A stretch of DNA of 19,770 nt from a virus (IMGVR_UViG_2695420763_000003), one strand, 5' to 3'. Counted from the stretch's first letter, positions 1 to 7,960 are shown. The notes: generated by a model not told the origin, from the letters alone. Translations and numbers: made by a program.

Positions 1-1404
1 CCCGCCAGTATCCCAGCAGATACGGGATACCGACATTTCTGCACCATTCCGGCGGGTATAGGTTTTATTGATGGCCTCATCCACACGCAGCAGCGTCTGT
101 TCATCGTCGTGGCGACCCATAATAATCTGCCGGTCAATCAGCCAGCTTTCCTCACCCGGCCCCCATCCCCATACGCGCATTTCGTAGCGGTCCAGCTGGG
201 AGTCGATACCGGCAGTCAGGTAAGCCACACGGTCAGGAACGGGCGCTGAATAATGCTCTTTCCGCTCTGCCATCACTTCAGCATCCGGACGTTCGCCGAT
301 TTTCGCTTCCCACGTCTCACCGAGCGTGGTGTTCACGAAGGTTTTACGTTTTCCCGTATCCCCTTTCGTCTTCATCCAGTCTTTGACAATCTGCACCCAG
401 GTGGTGAACGGGCTGTACGCCGTCCAGATGTGAAAGGTCACGCTGTCAGGCGGTTCAATCTCTTCACCGGATGACGAAAACCAGAGAATGCCATCACGGG
501 TCCAGATCCCGGTCTTTTCGCAGATATAACGGGCATCAGTGAAGTCCAGTTCCTGCTGGCGGATGACGCAGGCATTATGTTCGCAGAGATAAAACACGCT
601 GGAGGGATCATCCGGCGTCCATTTGAGGCCAAACGGCGTCTCTTTATCGCCAAATTTAAGGTACTGCTCCTCCCCGCAGTGCGGGCAGGCAACATGAAAA
701 CGCATAAAATGCGGGGATTCACTGGCTGCACGCTCAATCTGACAGGTGCCTCTCACTTTGGGCGTGGAGCCACGGATGGACTTTGGCCAGACCGAGCCTT
801 CAATACGCTTGTCACCCAGGAACGTCGGAGAGCCTTCCTGTTCAATATCATCATCAAAAGCAGCAAGTTCATCATAACCCGCCACATCCACCGACTTTTC
901 ACGGTAGTTTTTTGCCGCTTTACCGCCCAGGCACCAGAAGCCACGCCCATTAGTGAAACGCTTCATGGTGAGCGTGTTATCCCGGTGCTTTTTACCATAC
1001 CACGGGGCCAGCGCCAGCAGCGACGGAATATCACGAATAGTCGGCTCAACGTGGGTTTTCATAAAGTTCTCGGCATCACCATCCGTCGGCAACCAGATAA
1101 GGGTGTTGCGCTGCTTATGCTCTATGAAGTAGGCATAAACACCCAGCAGCATTTTGGAATAACCGACACGGGCAGACTTCACCACATTCACCTCACGGAT
1201 GTAGTCGCTGCCCATCGCATTCATGATGGCCCGCTGAAAGGGCAGTGTTTCCCAGCGCCCTTCCTGGTATGCGGATTCTTTCGGGAGATAGTAATTAGCA
1301 TCCGCCCATTCAACGGCGGTCTGTGGCTCCGGCCTGAACAGTGAGCGAAGCCCGGCGCGGACAAAATGCCGCAGCCTGTTAACCTGACTGTTCGATATAT
1401 TCAC
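1..1404 (-). CDS. A: Terminase large subunit gpA, N-terminal part (partial; continues beyond window start)
   Basis: Minus-strand translation from GTG at 1404 reads VNISNSQVNRLRHFVRAGLRSLF... and stays in frame to position 1. Spot checks at 541-600, 721-780, 961-1020 and 1261-1378 give SVFYLCEHNACVIRQQELDF, SIRGSTPKVRGTCQIERAAS, LLALAPWYGKKHRDNTLTMK and TAVEWADANYYLPKESAYQE, matching phage lambda gpA as recalled. Absent from the ORF track because it has no stop inside the window. Confidence 0.9.
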   Translation of the reverse strand, partial: MNISNSQVNRLRHFVRAGLRSLFRPEPQTAVEWADANYYLPKESAYQEGRWETLPFQRAIMNAMGSDYIREVNVVKSARVGYSKMLLGVYAYFIEHKQRNTLIWLPTDGDAENFMKTHVEPTIRDIPSLLALAPWYGKKHRDNTLTMKRFTNGRGFWCLGGKAAKNYREKSVDVAGYDELAAFDDDIEQEGSPTFLGDKRIEGSVWPKSIRGSTPKVRGTCQIERAASESPHFMRFHVACPHCGEEQYLKFGDKETPFGLKWTPDDPSSVFYLCEHNACVIRQQELDFTDARYICEKTGIWTRDGILWFSSSGEEIEPPDSVTFHIWTAYSPFTTWVQIVKDWMKTKGDTGKRKTFVNTTLGETWEAKIGERPDAEVMAERKEHYSAPVPDRVAYLTAGIDSQLDRYEMRVWGWGPGEESWLIDRQIIMGRHDDEQTLLRVDEAINKTYTRRNGAEMSVSRICWDTGG

Positions 1405-1924
1405 TCAGCAACCCCGGTATCAGTTCATCCAGCGCGGCTGCTTTGTTCATGGCTTTGATGATATCCCGTTTCAGGAAATCAACATGTCGGTTTTCCAGTT
1501 CCGGAAAACGCCGCTGCACCGACAGGGGGATCCCGTCGAGAATACTGGCAATTTCACCTGCGATCCGCGACAGCACGAAAGTACAGAATGCGGTTTCCAC
1601 CACTTCAGCGGAGTCTCTGGCATTCTTCAGTTCCTGTGCGTCGGCCTGCGCACGCGTAAGTCGATGGCGTTCGTACTCAATAGTCCCTGGCTGGAGATCT
1701 GTCTCGCTGGCCTGCCGCAGTTCTTCAACTTCCCGGCGCAGCTTTTCGTTCTCAATTTCAGCATCCCTTTCGGCATACCATCTTATAACGGCGGCAGAGT
1801 CATAAAGCACCTCATTACCCTTGCCACCGCCTCGCAGAACGGGCATTCCCTGTTCCTGCCAGTTCTGAATGGTACGGATACTCGCACCGAAAATGTCAGC
1901 CAGCTGCTTTTTGTTGACTTCCAT
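1379..1924 (-). CDS. Nu1: Terminase small subunit gpNu1
   Basis: 181-aa ORF MEVNKKQLADIFGASIRTIQNWQEQGMPVLRGGGKGNEVLYDSAAV... is near-identical to lambda Nu1 as recalled. Its 3' end overlaps the GTG start of A, as in lambda. Confidence 0.95.
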   Translation of the reverse strand: MEVNKKQLADIFGASIRTIQNWQEQGMPVLRGGGKGNEVLYDSAAVIRWYAERDAEIENEKLRREVEELRQASETDLQPGTIEYERHRLTRAQADAQELKNARDSAEVVETAFCTFVLSRIAGEIASILDGIPLSVQRRFPELENRHVDFLKRDIIKAMNKAAALDELIPGLLSEYIEQSG

Positions 1925-1944
1925 TGTTCATTCCACGGACAAAA

Positions 1945-2125
1945 ACAGAGAAAGGAAACGACAGAGGCCAAAAAGCCCGTTTTCAGCACCTGTCGTTTCC
2001 TTTCTTTTCAGGGGGTATTTTAAATAAAAACATTAAGTTACAACGAAGAAGAACGGAAATGCCTTAAACCGGAAAATTTTCATAAATAGCGAAAACCCGC
2101 GAGGTCGCCGCCCCGTAACCTGTCG
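1945..2125. other. cos: cos site: cosB R-element inverted repeats plus cosN cohesive-end sequence
   Basis: The lambda cohesive-end 12-mer GGGCGGCGACCT appears as its complement AGGTCGCCGCCC at 2102-2113. A perfect 15-bp inverted repeat GAAAGGAAACGACAG (1950-1964) / CTGTCGTTTCCTTTC (1990-2004) lies between cosN and the Nu1 start where lambda has its Nu1-binding R elements. Flanking sequence matches both lambda genome ends. Confidence 0.8.
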
Positions 2126-2312
2126 GATCGCCGGAAAGGACCCGCAAAATGATAATAATTATCATCTGCATGTCACAACGTGCATCTACGCAATCAAACC
2201 ACGTCAAATAATCAATTATGACGCAGATATCGTATTAATTGATCTGCATCAACTTAACGTAAAAACAACTTCAGACAATACAAATCAGCGACACTGAATA
2301 CGGGACAACCTC

Positions 2313-2507
2313 ATGTCAACGAAGAACAGAACCCGCAGAACAACAACCCGCAACATCCGCTTTCCTAACCAAATGATTGAACAAATTAACATCGCTCTTG
2401 AGCAAAAAGGGTCTGGGAATTTCTCAGCCTGGGTCATTGAAGCCTGCCGTCGGAGACTAACGTCAGAAAAGAGAGCATATACATCAATCCAAAGTGATGA
2501 TGGATGA
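2313..2507 (+). CDS. Small putative ribbon-helix-helix (Arc/CopG-like) DNA-binding protein, 64 aa
   Basis: Track ORF MSTKNRTRRTTTRNIRFPNQMIEQINIALEQKGSGNFSAWVIEACRRRL... has a basic N-terminus, then a beta-strand-like NIRFP followed by two short helices, the pattern of RHH proteins. An AT-rich palindrome-containing region (2150-2300) lies upstream. The fold is inferred from sequence pattern only. Confidence 0.45.
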   Translation: MSTKNRTRRTTTRNIRFPNQMIEQINIALEQKGSGNFSAWVIEACRRRLTSEKRAYTSIQSDDG

Positions 2508-2694
2508 ACATCCCGGTTTCTTCCACCATCGCACCGGAAAAGCGACTATGAGGGTAACCCTGCGTCTGTCAGCACAGTAAAACCCGGTGTGCATCGTTTT
2601 TGATTATTCCCGCACACTCACGCAGAAGGAATTCCCCGTCGGGCTACGGTCATGGTTAATGCGGGAATACGGCGACGATACAGCGCATAATGTG

Positions 2695-3243
2695 TCAGGC
2701 TTGAATACCTTTATCGAATCCCGGTAATAAAAACTGTCTCTGTCTCTCCAGACGTTCCAGCTTTGCAAGCAATTGAGGTTTTTTCGTTCTCCCCCAGCGA
2801 TTGAGCAGACGGCCTGGCATGCTGGCGACATCCTTCTCTTTCATGTACTCCAGCATTACGGCGTTACGTTCTGCTTCATAACTTTCGCTGTACTTACGGA
2901 GTTCTGCTGACATCCAGTTAAACGCATTGATATAGGCTTCTTTAACAGCATCGGCTTTTGCCCCGTTAAATCCCATAACCAGCATAACGAAGCCACTAAA
3001 GTCCATGCGGTAGTAAATCTGTTTCTTGTCAAAAATACCTAAGTCATTGATTTTCTCGACGGCCCAAAAATGGGTTGTCGAGAATTCCTCAGAACATCTC
3101 AAACATTTAATAGCCCTAATCACATGCTGATGGCGTTTACCAAATGCCCTGGCAATCTGGAAGGTGTCAGTTACCGGTTGACCTTCTGCTGCGGTAACTA
3201 ACTGGCGAAAGTCGAAGTCATGATTCGCAATTAATTCATTCAT
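2695..3243 (-). CDS. Rha-family phage regulatory protein (antirepressor-like)
   Basis: MNELIANHDFDFRQLVTAAEGQPVTDTFQIARAFGKRHQHVIRAIK... carries the GQPVTDS..IA..FGKRH..V.R.I pattern of the Phage_pRha domain. The track ORF extends to a TTG at 3327; I prefer the ATG at 3243. Confidence 0.65.
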   Translation of the reverse strand: MNELIANHDFDFRQLVTAAEGQPVTDTFQIARAFGKRHQHVIRAIKCLRCSEEFSTTHFWAVEKINDLGIFDKKQIYYRMDFSGFVMLVMGFNGAKADAVKEAYINAFNWMSAELRKYSESYEAERNAVMLEYMKEKDVASMPGRLLNRWGRTKKPQLLAKLERLERQRQFLLPGFDKGIQA

Positions 3244-3391
3244 GGCGTTGCCTGCTTCTTGAAATGAACCTTTGCCGCACAGGAAACCAGCCCACCGAGG
3301 CTCGCCAGCACTAACTGGTATCCTCAAAGGCCCATTCCAAAGGGTCAGGTTCGGTGTTTATTGTGCGCTGCGGTGCGCGGTGAAATACCGG

Positions 3392-3420
3392 TACAAAAAT
3401 GCCCCGCATCTGCGAGGCAT
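3392..3420 (-). terminator. Intrinsic terminator downstream of Rz/Rz1
   Basis: On the minus strand AUGCCUCGCA-GA-UGCGGGGCAU forms a 10-bp stem (one G-U pair) followed by UUUUUGU. It sits about 40 nt after the Rz stop. Confidence 0.5.
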
Positions 3421-3460
3421 TTTCCTGAAAGTCACTTGTTAAATTTCAGTGAAATTAAAA

Positions 3461-3898
3461 TTATTTTAAGCACTGCGTCCTGATGTATTCCTGCAGGTAG
3501 TTAACCTGCGCGGTTATCTTGTCGATTCCACCTCGGAGACGGTAATAATTGAGTTCAGCATCTGCTGTAAGTCCTGGGCTTTCTCCATCGCCCATGCTGC
3601 TGGCTCCGGTCGTTGACTTTGCACAGGTGGCGGAGACTTGCAGGCGCTTACGCCCAGCAGAAACATCAGCACGGAGACTTTCGATAGTCGCATTAGCATC
3701 AGCAAGCTCCTTTGTGTATCTGGCGTCAAGTTCTGCTACATCACGTTGCCGCTTCTGCATATCAGCGATGATGGATGTGGCTTTATCGCGCTGCTCTTTG
3801 TAGGCGATGGCGTTATCACGGTAATGATTAACAGCCCATGACAGGCAGGCGATAATGCAGATAACCAGAGCGGAGATAATAACGGTTACCCTGCTCAT
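3461..3898 (-). CDS. Rz: i-spanin Rz
   Basis: [39 protein letters not shown]... resembles lambda Rz with its N-terminal TM segment. The ATG at 3898 overlaps the R stop (ATGA). The track ORF starts at an upstream GTG (3910). Confidence 0.85.
   Translation of the reverse strand: MSRVTVIISALVICIIACLSWAVNHYRDNAIAYKEQRDKATSIIADMQKRQRDVAELDARYTKELADANATIESLRADVSAGRKRLQVSATCAKSTTGASSMGDGESPGLTADAELNYYRLRGGIDKITAQVNYLQEYIRTQCLK
3514..3699 (-). CDS. Rz1: o-spanin Rz1 lipoprotein, embedded in the +1 frame of Rz
   Basis: Track ORF 3514..3729 contains [36 protein letters not shown]..., a signal peptide with lipobox-like VSAC and a proline-rich mature region, fully inside Rz as in lambda. Exact start is uncertain. 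Confidence 0.6.
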   Translation of the reverse strand: MLMRLSKVSVLMFLLGVSACKSPPPVQSQRPEPAAWAMEKAQDLQQMLNSIITVSEVESTR

Positions 3899-4392
3899 TG
3901 TTGCCCCCACAAACAGACTTCACGCTCAATCTCGCGGCGAGTCATCAGCCCTTTCCATTGCTTACCGCCAGCGTATGTCCAGCGCCGTAGCTGATCACAT
4001 GCGCCTTTGATATCGCCCTGGTTTATTTTGCGAAGAAGCGTCGATGTTCTGAAATTGCCAGCGCCCACGTTGTAAACGAACGAGTAAAGAGCGCCGCGCG
4101 TTGTTTCCGGTATATCGACGTTGATGTACGGGTTAATTTGTCTGGCGACCGTGGCAAGGTCTTTATTCAGGAGGGCTTTGCATTCTGCTTCGGTATACGT
4201 TTTACCGGGCATGATGTCTTTTCCGGTGTGTCCGTGACATACAGTCCATACGCCAACGATATCTTTGTATGGTATGTAGCTGACACCTTCCAGACCATCG
4301 TTACCACCTGGACCAGTGATGAGCACAGACGCTATGGCAACAGCCCCACTACCAATAGCAGCTGCAACAGCCTTGCGTAATGACGGCGACAT
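3895..4392 (-). CDS. R: SAR endolysin (P21 R-type lysozyme)
   Basis: 165-aa [60 protein letters not shown]... is near-identical to the phage 21 R endolysin as recalled, with its glycine/alanine-rich N-terminal SAR segment. Confidence 0.9.
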   Translation of the reverse strand: MSPSLRKAVAAAIGSGAVAIASVLITGPGGNDGLEGVSYIPYKDIVGVWTVCHGHTGKDIMPGKTYTEAECKALLNKDLATVARQINPYINVDIPETTRGALYSFVYNVGAGNFRTSTLLRKINQGDIKGACDQLRRWTYAGGKQWKGLMTRREIEREVCLWGQQ

Positions 4393-4598
4393 TATTCACC
4401 TCTCGCAGCCTTACGCTTATCTTCTTTAATCTTGAAATAAAGATTTGTCAGATACGTCAGCAGGCCAAACAGCAGACTTCCCAGCACACCTATTGCCACC
4501 CACTGGGACGGAGAGACTTTGTCCAGCAGCTGCAGTAACCAGTATCCCGTCCCCACCGCTGACGTGGTGTATGACACACCTGTTGTGATTTTTTCCAT
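4392..4598 (-). CDS. S: Pinholin (S21-type holin)
   Basis: 68-aa [68 protein letters not shown] resembles phage 21 pinholin S21. Its stop overlaps the R start. Confidence 0.85.
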   Translation of the reverse strand: MEKITTGVSYTTSAVGTGYWLLQLLDKVSPSQWVAIGVLGSLLFGLLTYLTNLYFKIKEDKRKAARGE

Positions 4599-4640
4599 CT
4601 GATGTATGTCTCCGTCACCGCCGACAGAAAATGAAAGTAA

Positions 4641-4679
4641 AGAAAAACAAAAAAGCCGCCAGTGTCACCCACTGACGGC
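4641..4679 (-). terminator. Intrinsic terminator about 45 nt upstream of the S start, in the late-transcript direction
   Basis: Minus-strand RNA GCCGUCAGUG-GGUGA-CACUGGCGGC forms a 10-bp stem (one G-U pair) followed by UUUUUUGUUUUUC. Confidence 0.5.
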
Positions 4680-4853
4680 CAACGCCGGGAGCCGTGATTA
4701 TGGCATTCAGGCTCTGCTAAAAATGCCAGATAACATTCCGGCCTCCCCTGATTCAGGTTATAAATGACACAATATCTTGACAACATCCGTCACTGTCTGT
4801 CAGAAAATGTACTGCCATATAGAAGCAACATGTGAAGTACATCTATCCTTTTG

Positions 4854-4896
4854 AGCCAGCACCTCTCCACCGAAAGTCAGTGCTGGCTGTTTTTTT
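4854..4896 (+). terminator. Plus-strand intrinsic terminator (unit A)
   Basis: 9-bp stem AGCCAGCAC (4854-4862) / GUGCUGGCU (4880-4888), 17-nt loop, then GTTTTTTT. Confidence 0.5.
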
Positions 4897-5003
4897 CCTT
4901 AATAAGGCATCTGTAACTGAAACAATCCGCATATTGATAATATATTGACAGGCATCATTGCTGTCTGTGAAAAATAAGTCTCTACAAACATATAAGGCCT
5001 TTT

Positions 5004-5045
5004 AGCCAGCGTCTTCTTTTTCAGGTCAGTCGCTGGCTTTTTTTA
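5004..5045 (+). terminator. Plus-strand intrinsic terminator (unit B)
   Basis: 8-bp stem AGCCAGCG (5004-5011) / CGCTGGCT (5031-5038), 19-nt loop, then TTTTTTT. It ends exactly at the stop codon of the convergent esterase gene. Confidence 0.5.
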
Positions 5046-6896
5046 TTATGCTGCCGGTGCATTTATCTCCAGCATCAGACTTTCTATCTCAACGCCATAC
5101 GCTGCATTTTTTGTAACATCCGTCAGCGTCAGCGCATTCAGTCCCAGTGTCAGACTGTCTTTTATAACCTGGAATGCCGGGCCAGCCACTCCATTCAGTT
5201 TCGGAGTAACCGTGGCACTGCCGGCGGTGAACACCAGCTCCAGCGTCTGCCAGTCGTTACCGTAATCGCCGAACTCCCCCAGCTTCGTGTTTCCGGCTTT
5301 CCTGTGATGCATCAGATTCACTCTGCCGTCAGTGGTCTGAGTGAAGTACGACATCAGGAACGGATTACCGGTACCCGTCATCGCCACACCATCAGGAACG
5401 GGAGCATCCGTATACAGATAAATCCCCAGCCCGAACTGATTGTTGGTCAGTGCGCCTGACAGGCGGAACTTACAGGTCAGTCTGCCGCCCTGTGTCAGCA
5501 GGGTAATTGCGTCATCCACCGGATGCGTCAGGGACCAGGTTTTATTGCTCTGCTTGGTGATCTTAAATACACCATCTGACAACTGAATTCCGCCATCCTT
5601 AATGCTCCAGCCCTGCGCAGCAGCCTCTCCGGCTGCCGGCAGCAGGGAGATTGTGCGAACGGACGTATCTGCAGACGGACCCGATGGCGTGTTGCCGCCG
5701 GGCGAGGGTTTGATTTCCGGTGCCTTACCACTGATGAAGGCTGAGGTGCGCCCGGCTGCGTTCAGAATAGCGGTTGCCAGACGATCCGGAATAATGCTCC
5801 TGCGCGCCCATGAACTGAAATGTGTCGGGCGGTTTGATGATACCTGGTTTCCATTCGTTCTCGATGCCGCACCGTAATATCCTGATGCCGGAATATCCGG
5901 ATCTTCTGCCGGCGCGTTAGTGGCGGTATTGACGCCGTTACCGTCTGTCATGAAGGGCACAAAATAAACGCCCTCACTCTCCCTGTTTTTGTACGCCCCG
6001 TAAATGGTGTTGTACTGGGTGCCGTAGGTATTTTTCCAGTAATACGTCGTGTCACCACAAATCCACGGCACATCTGCAGCACTGCCACCATGGCACTGCG
6101 CGTTAAACACGGAGAGGTCAGCACGAAACTGTGTCAGCATGGCTGTAAACAGCGCAGGTTGCTGTGCGTGGGTGGCGGCGCTCATGTCAAACTCTCCCTG
6201 CATCCAGCACACCGCCAGCAACACATTTTTCGGGTTCTTCTGTAATGCAGCTTTGGTGCGCGCAATCAGGTCCTGATATAACGGTTTACCCACACCCCAG
6301 CGCGCCGAATCCTGGCTGGCCCCCGTGTCCGCACTGAATGTCCCCTCCGCGCCCTGGGTAAATGCCGAACCACCACGACAGCATGGTACCAGCAGGATCC
6401 CCGCGTTATTCGGGATATACGGGAGCAGTTTTTTGGCAATATGTAAACCCTGGCCGACACAGCCGTACTGCCCTTTGCTCAGGTCTGCCTTCGGATGATT
6501 CAGCGTACTCATATCCTGCACATCATGCAGGCAGTGGTCGGCCGGAATAATATCGTTATATCTGCAGGCAGCCCCACCCGGCGTCACTGTACTGCGGCGC
6601 GCCAGCTGTTTAATGCGCGGATCCGGAGCATCGTATGAATCCGGCAGCGGAAGCCCTTCACCGTAAGCCATGGCATTGGATTGCCCGGCCAGTACGATGA
6701 CGTAGTACCAATCCGGCTCAGTTGCACCACTGACCACCACATCACCTTCTGCTGTAATCGCCTGCATCAGGGTATAAGGGGTTATGGCCACCGGACTACC
6801 AAACGGCTGCCAGCCCTCTTTCAGTTTGTGTGTCAGCTTTTCCGCAAGGTCTGACGGCGACGCCGCCCTGACAACATCATAATGTTTAAATGTCAT
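5046..6896 (-). CDS. nanS-p: Prophage sialate O-acetylesterase, NanS-p type (DUF1737 N-domain + SGNH/SASA esterase + C-terminal domain)
   Basis: 616-aa ORF. The N-terminus MTFKHYDVVRAASPSDLAEKLTHKLKEGWQPFGSPV is DUF1737-like. VIVLAGQSNAMAYGEG carries the GQSN motif of SGNH/SASA esterases. The C-terminal ~200 aa are Gly/Thr-rich and beta-rich. Position between Q and S matches nanS-p genes of Stx and related prophages. Confidence 0.8.
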   Translation of the reverse strand: MTFKHYDVVRAASPSDLAEKLTHKLKEGWQPFGSPVAITPYTLMQAITAEGDVVVSGATEPDWYYVIVLAGQSNAMAYGEGLPLPDSYDAPDPRIKQLARRSTVTPGGAACRYNDIIPADHCLHDVQDMSTLNHPKADLSKGQYGCVGQGLHIAKKLLPYIPNNAGILLVPCCRGGSAFTQGAEGTFSADTGASQDSARWGVGKPLYQDLIARTKAALQKNPKNVLLAVCWMQGEFDMSAATHAQQPALFTAMLTQFRADLSVFNAQCHGGSAADVPWICGDTTYYWKNTYGTQYNTIYGAYKNRESEGVYFVPFMTDGNGVNTATNAPAEDPDIPASGYYGAASRTNGNQVSSNRPTHFSSWARRSIIPDRLATAILNAAGRTSAFISGKAPEIKPSPGGNTPSGPSADTSVRTISLLPAAGEAAAQGWSIKDGGIQLSDGVFKITKQSNKTWSLTHPVDDAITLLTQGGRLTCKFRLSGALTNNQFGLGIYLYTDAPVPDGVAMTGTGNPFLMSYFTQTTDGRVNLMHHRKAGNTKLGEFGDYGNDWQTLELVFTAGSATVTPKLNGVAGPAFQVIKDSLTLGLNALTLTDVTKNAAYGVEIESLMLEINAPAA

Positions 6897-6939
6897 TATT
6901 CCTCCCGGCCGGGATAGTGTATTAAATCAGATATGGAGT

Positions 6940-6984
6940 GGGCTGTAGTCCGGAAGCCTGAATGACACACGGGGACTACAGCCC
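6940..6984. repeat. Perfect 12-bp inverted repeat (stem-loop) in the 5' leader of the esterase gene
   Basis: GGGCTGTAGTCC (6940-6951) and GGACTACAGCCC (6973-6984) separated by 21 nt, about 45 nt upstream of the ATG at 6896. No adjacent T-run. Confidence 0.6.
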
Positions 6985-7079
6985 AAGAAATGAAGAAGGC
7001 CACGCAGTTGCGCAGCCTGATAAACCCTGGTTAAAATCCACACGATAACAACACAACAATATCAGTATCTCATGCTATT

Positions 7080-7105
7080 GCCCGAACCCATTCGGGCATT
7101 TTTTA
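7080..7105 (+). terminator. Plus-strand intrinsic terminator
   Basis: GCCCGAA-CCCA-TTCGGGC (7-bp stem) followed by ATTTTTT. Confidence 0.45.
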
Positions 7106-7110
7106 CCCAT

Positions 7111-7141
7111 AAAAAATGCCCCTCCGGAGAGGGGCATTTTT
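7111..7141. terminator. Bidirectional intrinsic terminator
   Basis: AAAAAA-TGCCCCTC-CGGA-GAGGGGCA-TTTTT: 8-bp GC-rich stem with an A-run on one side and a T-run on the other. Confidence 0.55.
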
Positions 7142-7338
7142 GCATGCACATTCTTTTTCTTGCATGGTGCCGGGTGCCTCCCGGTGAATTCAGTATCAGC
7201 ACCTGAATCCGCGATTATCACATATACCTACTTGCTGATTGCCCCTCCGCACAGGGGGATTCACCATGCAGTAGTATTTTTAATAAACAGCAAATAAAAA
7301 AATCAAGCATTATGCAGGCTGTTTCTTTTTATCACCGG

Positions 7339-7470
7339 CTACAGCAATACCACAATGCCGCAGACCAGCACCCCATCCGCCAGCACCGACATGATTCTGC
7401 TGGTGAAATCCACCATCACCACCAGAAACAGCAGGAGTGCAGCCACAGCCAGGCGCAGTTTTACCGTCAC
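7339..7470 (-). CDS. Putative 43-aa hydrophobic small protein, start overlapping the stop of the TerB-like frame
   Basis: GTG at 7470..7468 overlaps TGA at 7469..7467 (GTGA). Translation is VTVKLRLAVAALLLFLVVMVDFTSRIMSVLADGVLVCGIVVLL, a single predicted TM helix. Below the ORF-track length cutoff. Expression is unproven. Confidence 0.3.
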   Translation of the reverse strand: MTVKLRLAVAALLLFLVVMVDFTSRIMSVLADGVLVCGIVVLL

Positions 7471-7960
7471 AGGTGATTCTCCAGACGAAGACCCAGAACA
7501 CCGGCAATCTCTTCCAGCACCTTGCGCTCTTCCGGCTCAATTTCGCCGTCTGCCTCCGCAATGGCCACCGCCACATCCAGCACATCTTCCGCTTCACGCG
7601 TATCGTGTTTCACATCCTCGATCTCACGTAACGCCGCACGACGACCAATTTTAAAGTTCGTATCCAGCTGACCGATAATGGTTGCGCTAATCGCATTAAT
7701 TTCTGACGTAAACGCGGACAGCGCAGGCTGATTACGCAGTACCTGTTCGATCTTCGCTTTCTAGGAAGCCTCACATTCACCATCTGCACAGGCCACCAGG
7801 TAGGCAGCATTAATAACCGCCTGTGCCAGATCGCGTTTCTCAAACTTTCCTTTTTCCGGTTAACGTGACACACCAATAACTCTTGTCGAAAAAGCCAGCA
7901 AGCTGAAAGACCGGTATTCACAACCACCAGCGCGTTTACTGTACTGGCGTGATTTCAGTC
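7467..7960 (-). pseudogene. Degraded TerB-family (tellurite-resistance-like) gene
   Basis: Minus-strand segments translate to ...AGFFDK..., ...PEKGKFEKRDLAQAVINAAYLVACADGECEAS, then in-frame TAG (7761-7763), then KAKIEQVLRNQPALSAFTSEINAISATIIGQLDTNFKIGRRAALREIEDVKHDTREAEDVLDVAVAIAEADGEIEPEERKVLEEIAGVLGLRLENHL*. These segments show TerB-like ADG and EEK motifs. They are broken by an in-frame TAA (7860-7862), the TAG, and at least one frameshift near the N-terminus. No Met-initiated intact ORF remains. Confidence 0.5.

Larger units (their letters stand above)
4771..5045 (+). repeat. Tandem pair of diverged units, each TTGACA-N10-CTGTCTGT-(A)n ... hairpin-T run
   Basis: Unit A is about 4771-4896 and unit B about 4939-5045. 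Shared blocks are TTGACA (4777-4782 / 4945-4950), CTGTCTGT (4793-4800 / 4961-4968), CCTTTT-AGCCAGC and GTCAGT-GCTGGCT-T7. Confidence 0.6.

Noticed and set aside
577-1344. 255-aa plus-strand ORF
   Set aside because: It is antisense to the terminase A gene, whose minus-strand frame reads continuously and matches lambda gpA. The protein has an Arg/Phe-rich junk-like composition.
4777-4805. TTGACA boxes of the tandem units as sigma70 -35 elements
   Set aside because: No acceptable -10 hexamer lies at a 16-19 nt spacing (best candidates TCAGAA and TGAAAA). The units are reported as repeats with terminators only.
7310-7927. Track ORFs 7310..7597(-), 7355..7654(+), 7437..7631(+) and 7610..7927(-)
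   Set aside because: All are out of frame with the only frame showing protein-like (TerB-like) translation. Their products are low-complexity, so they are taken as by-products of a decayed gene region.
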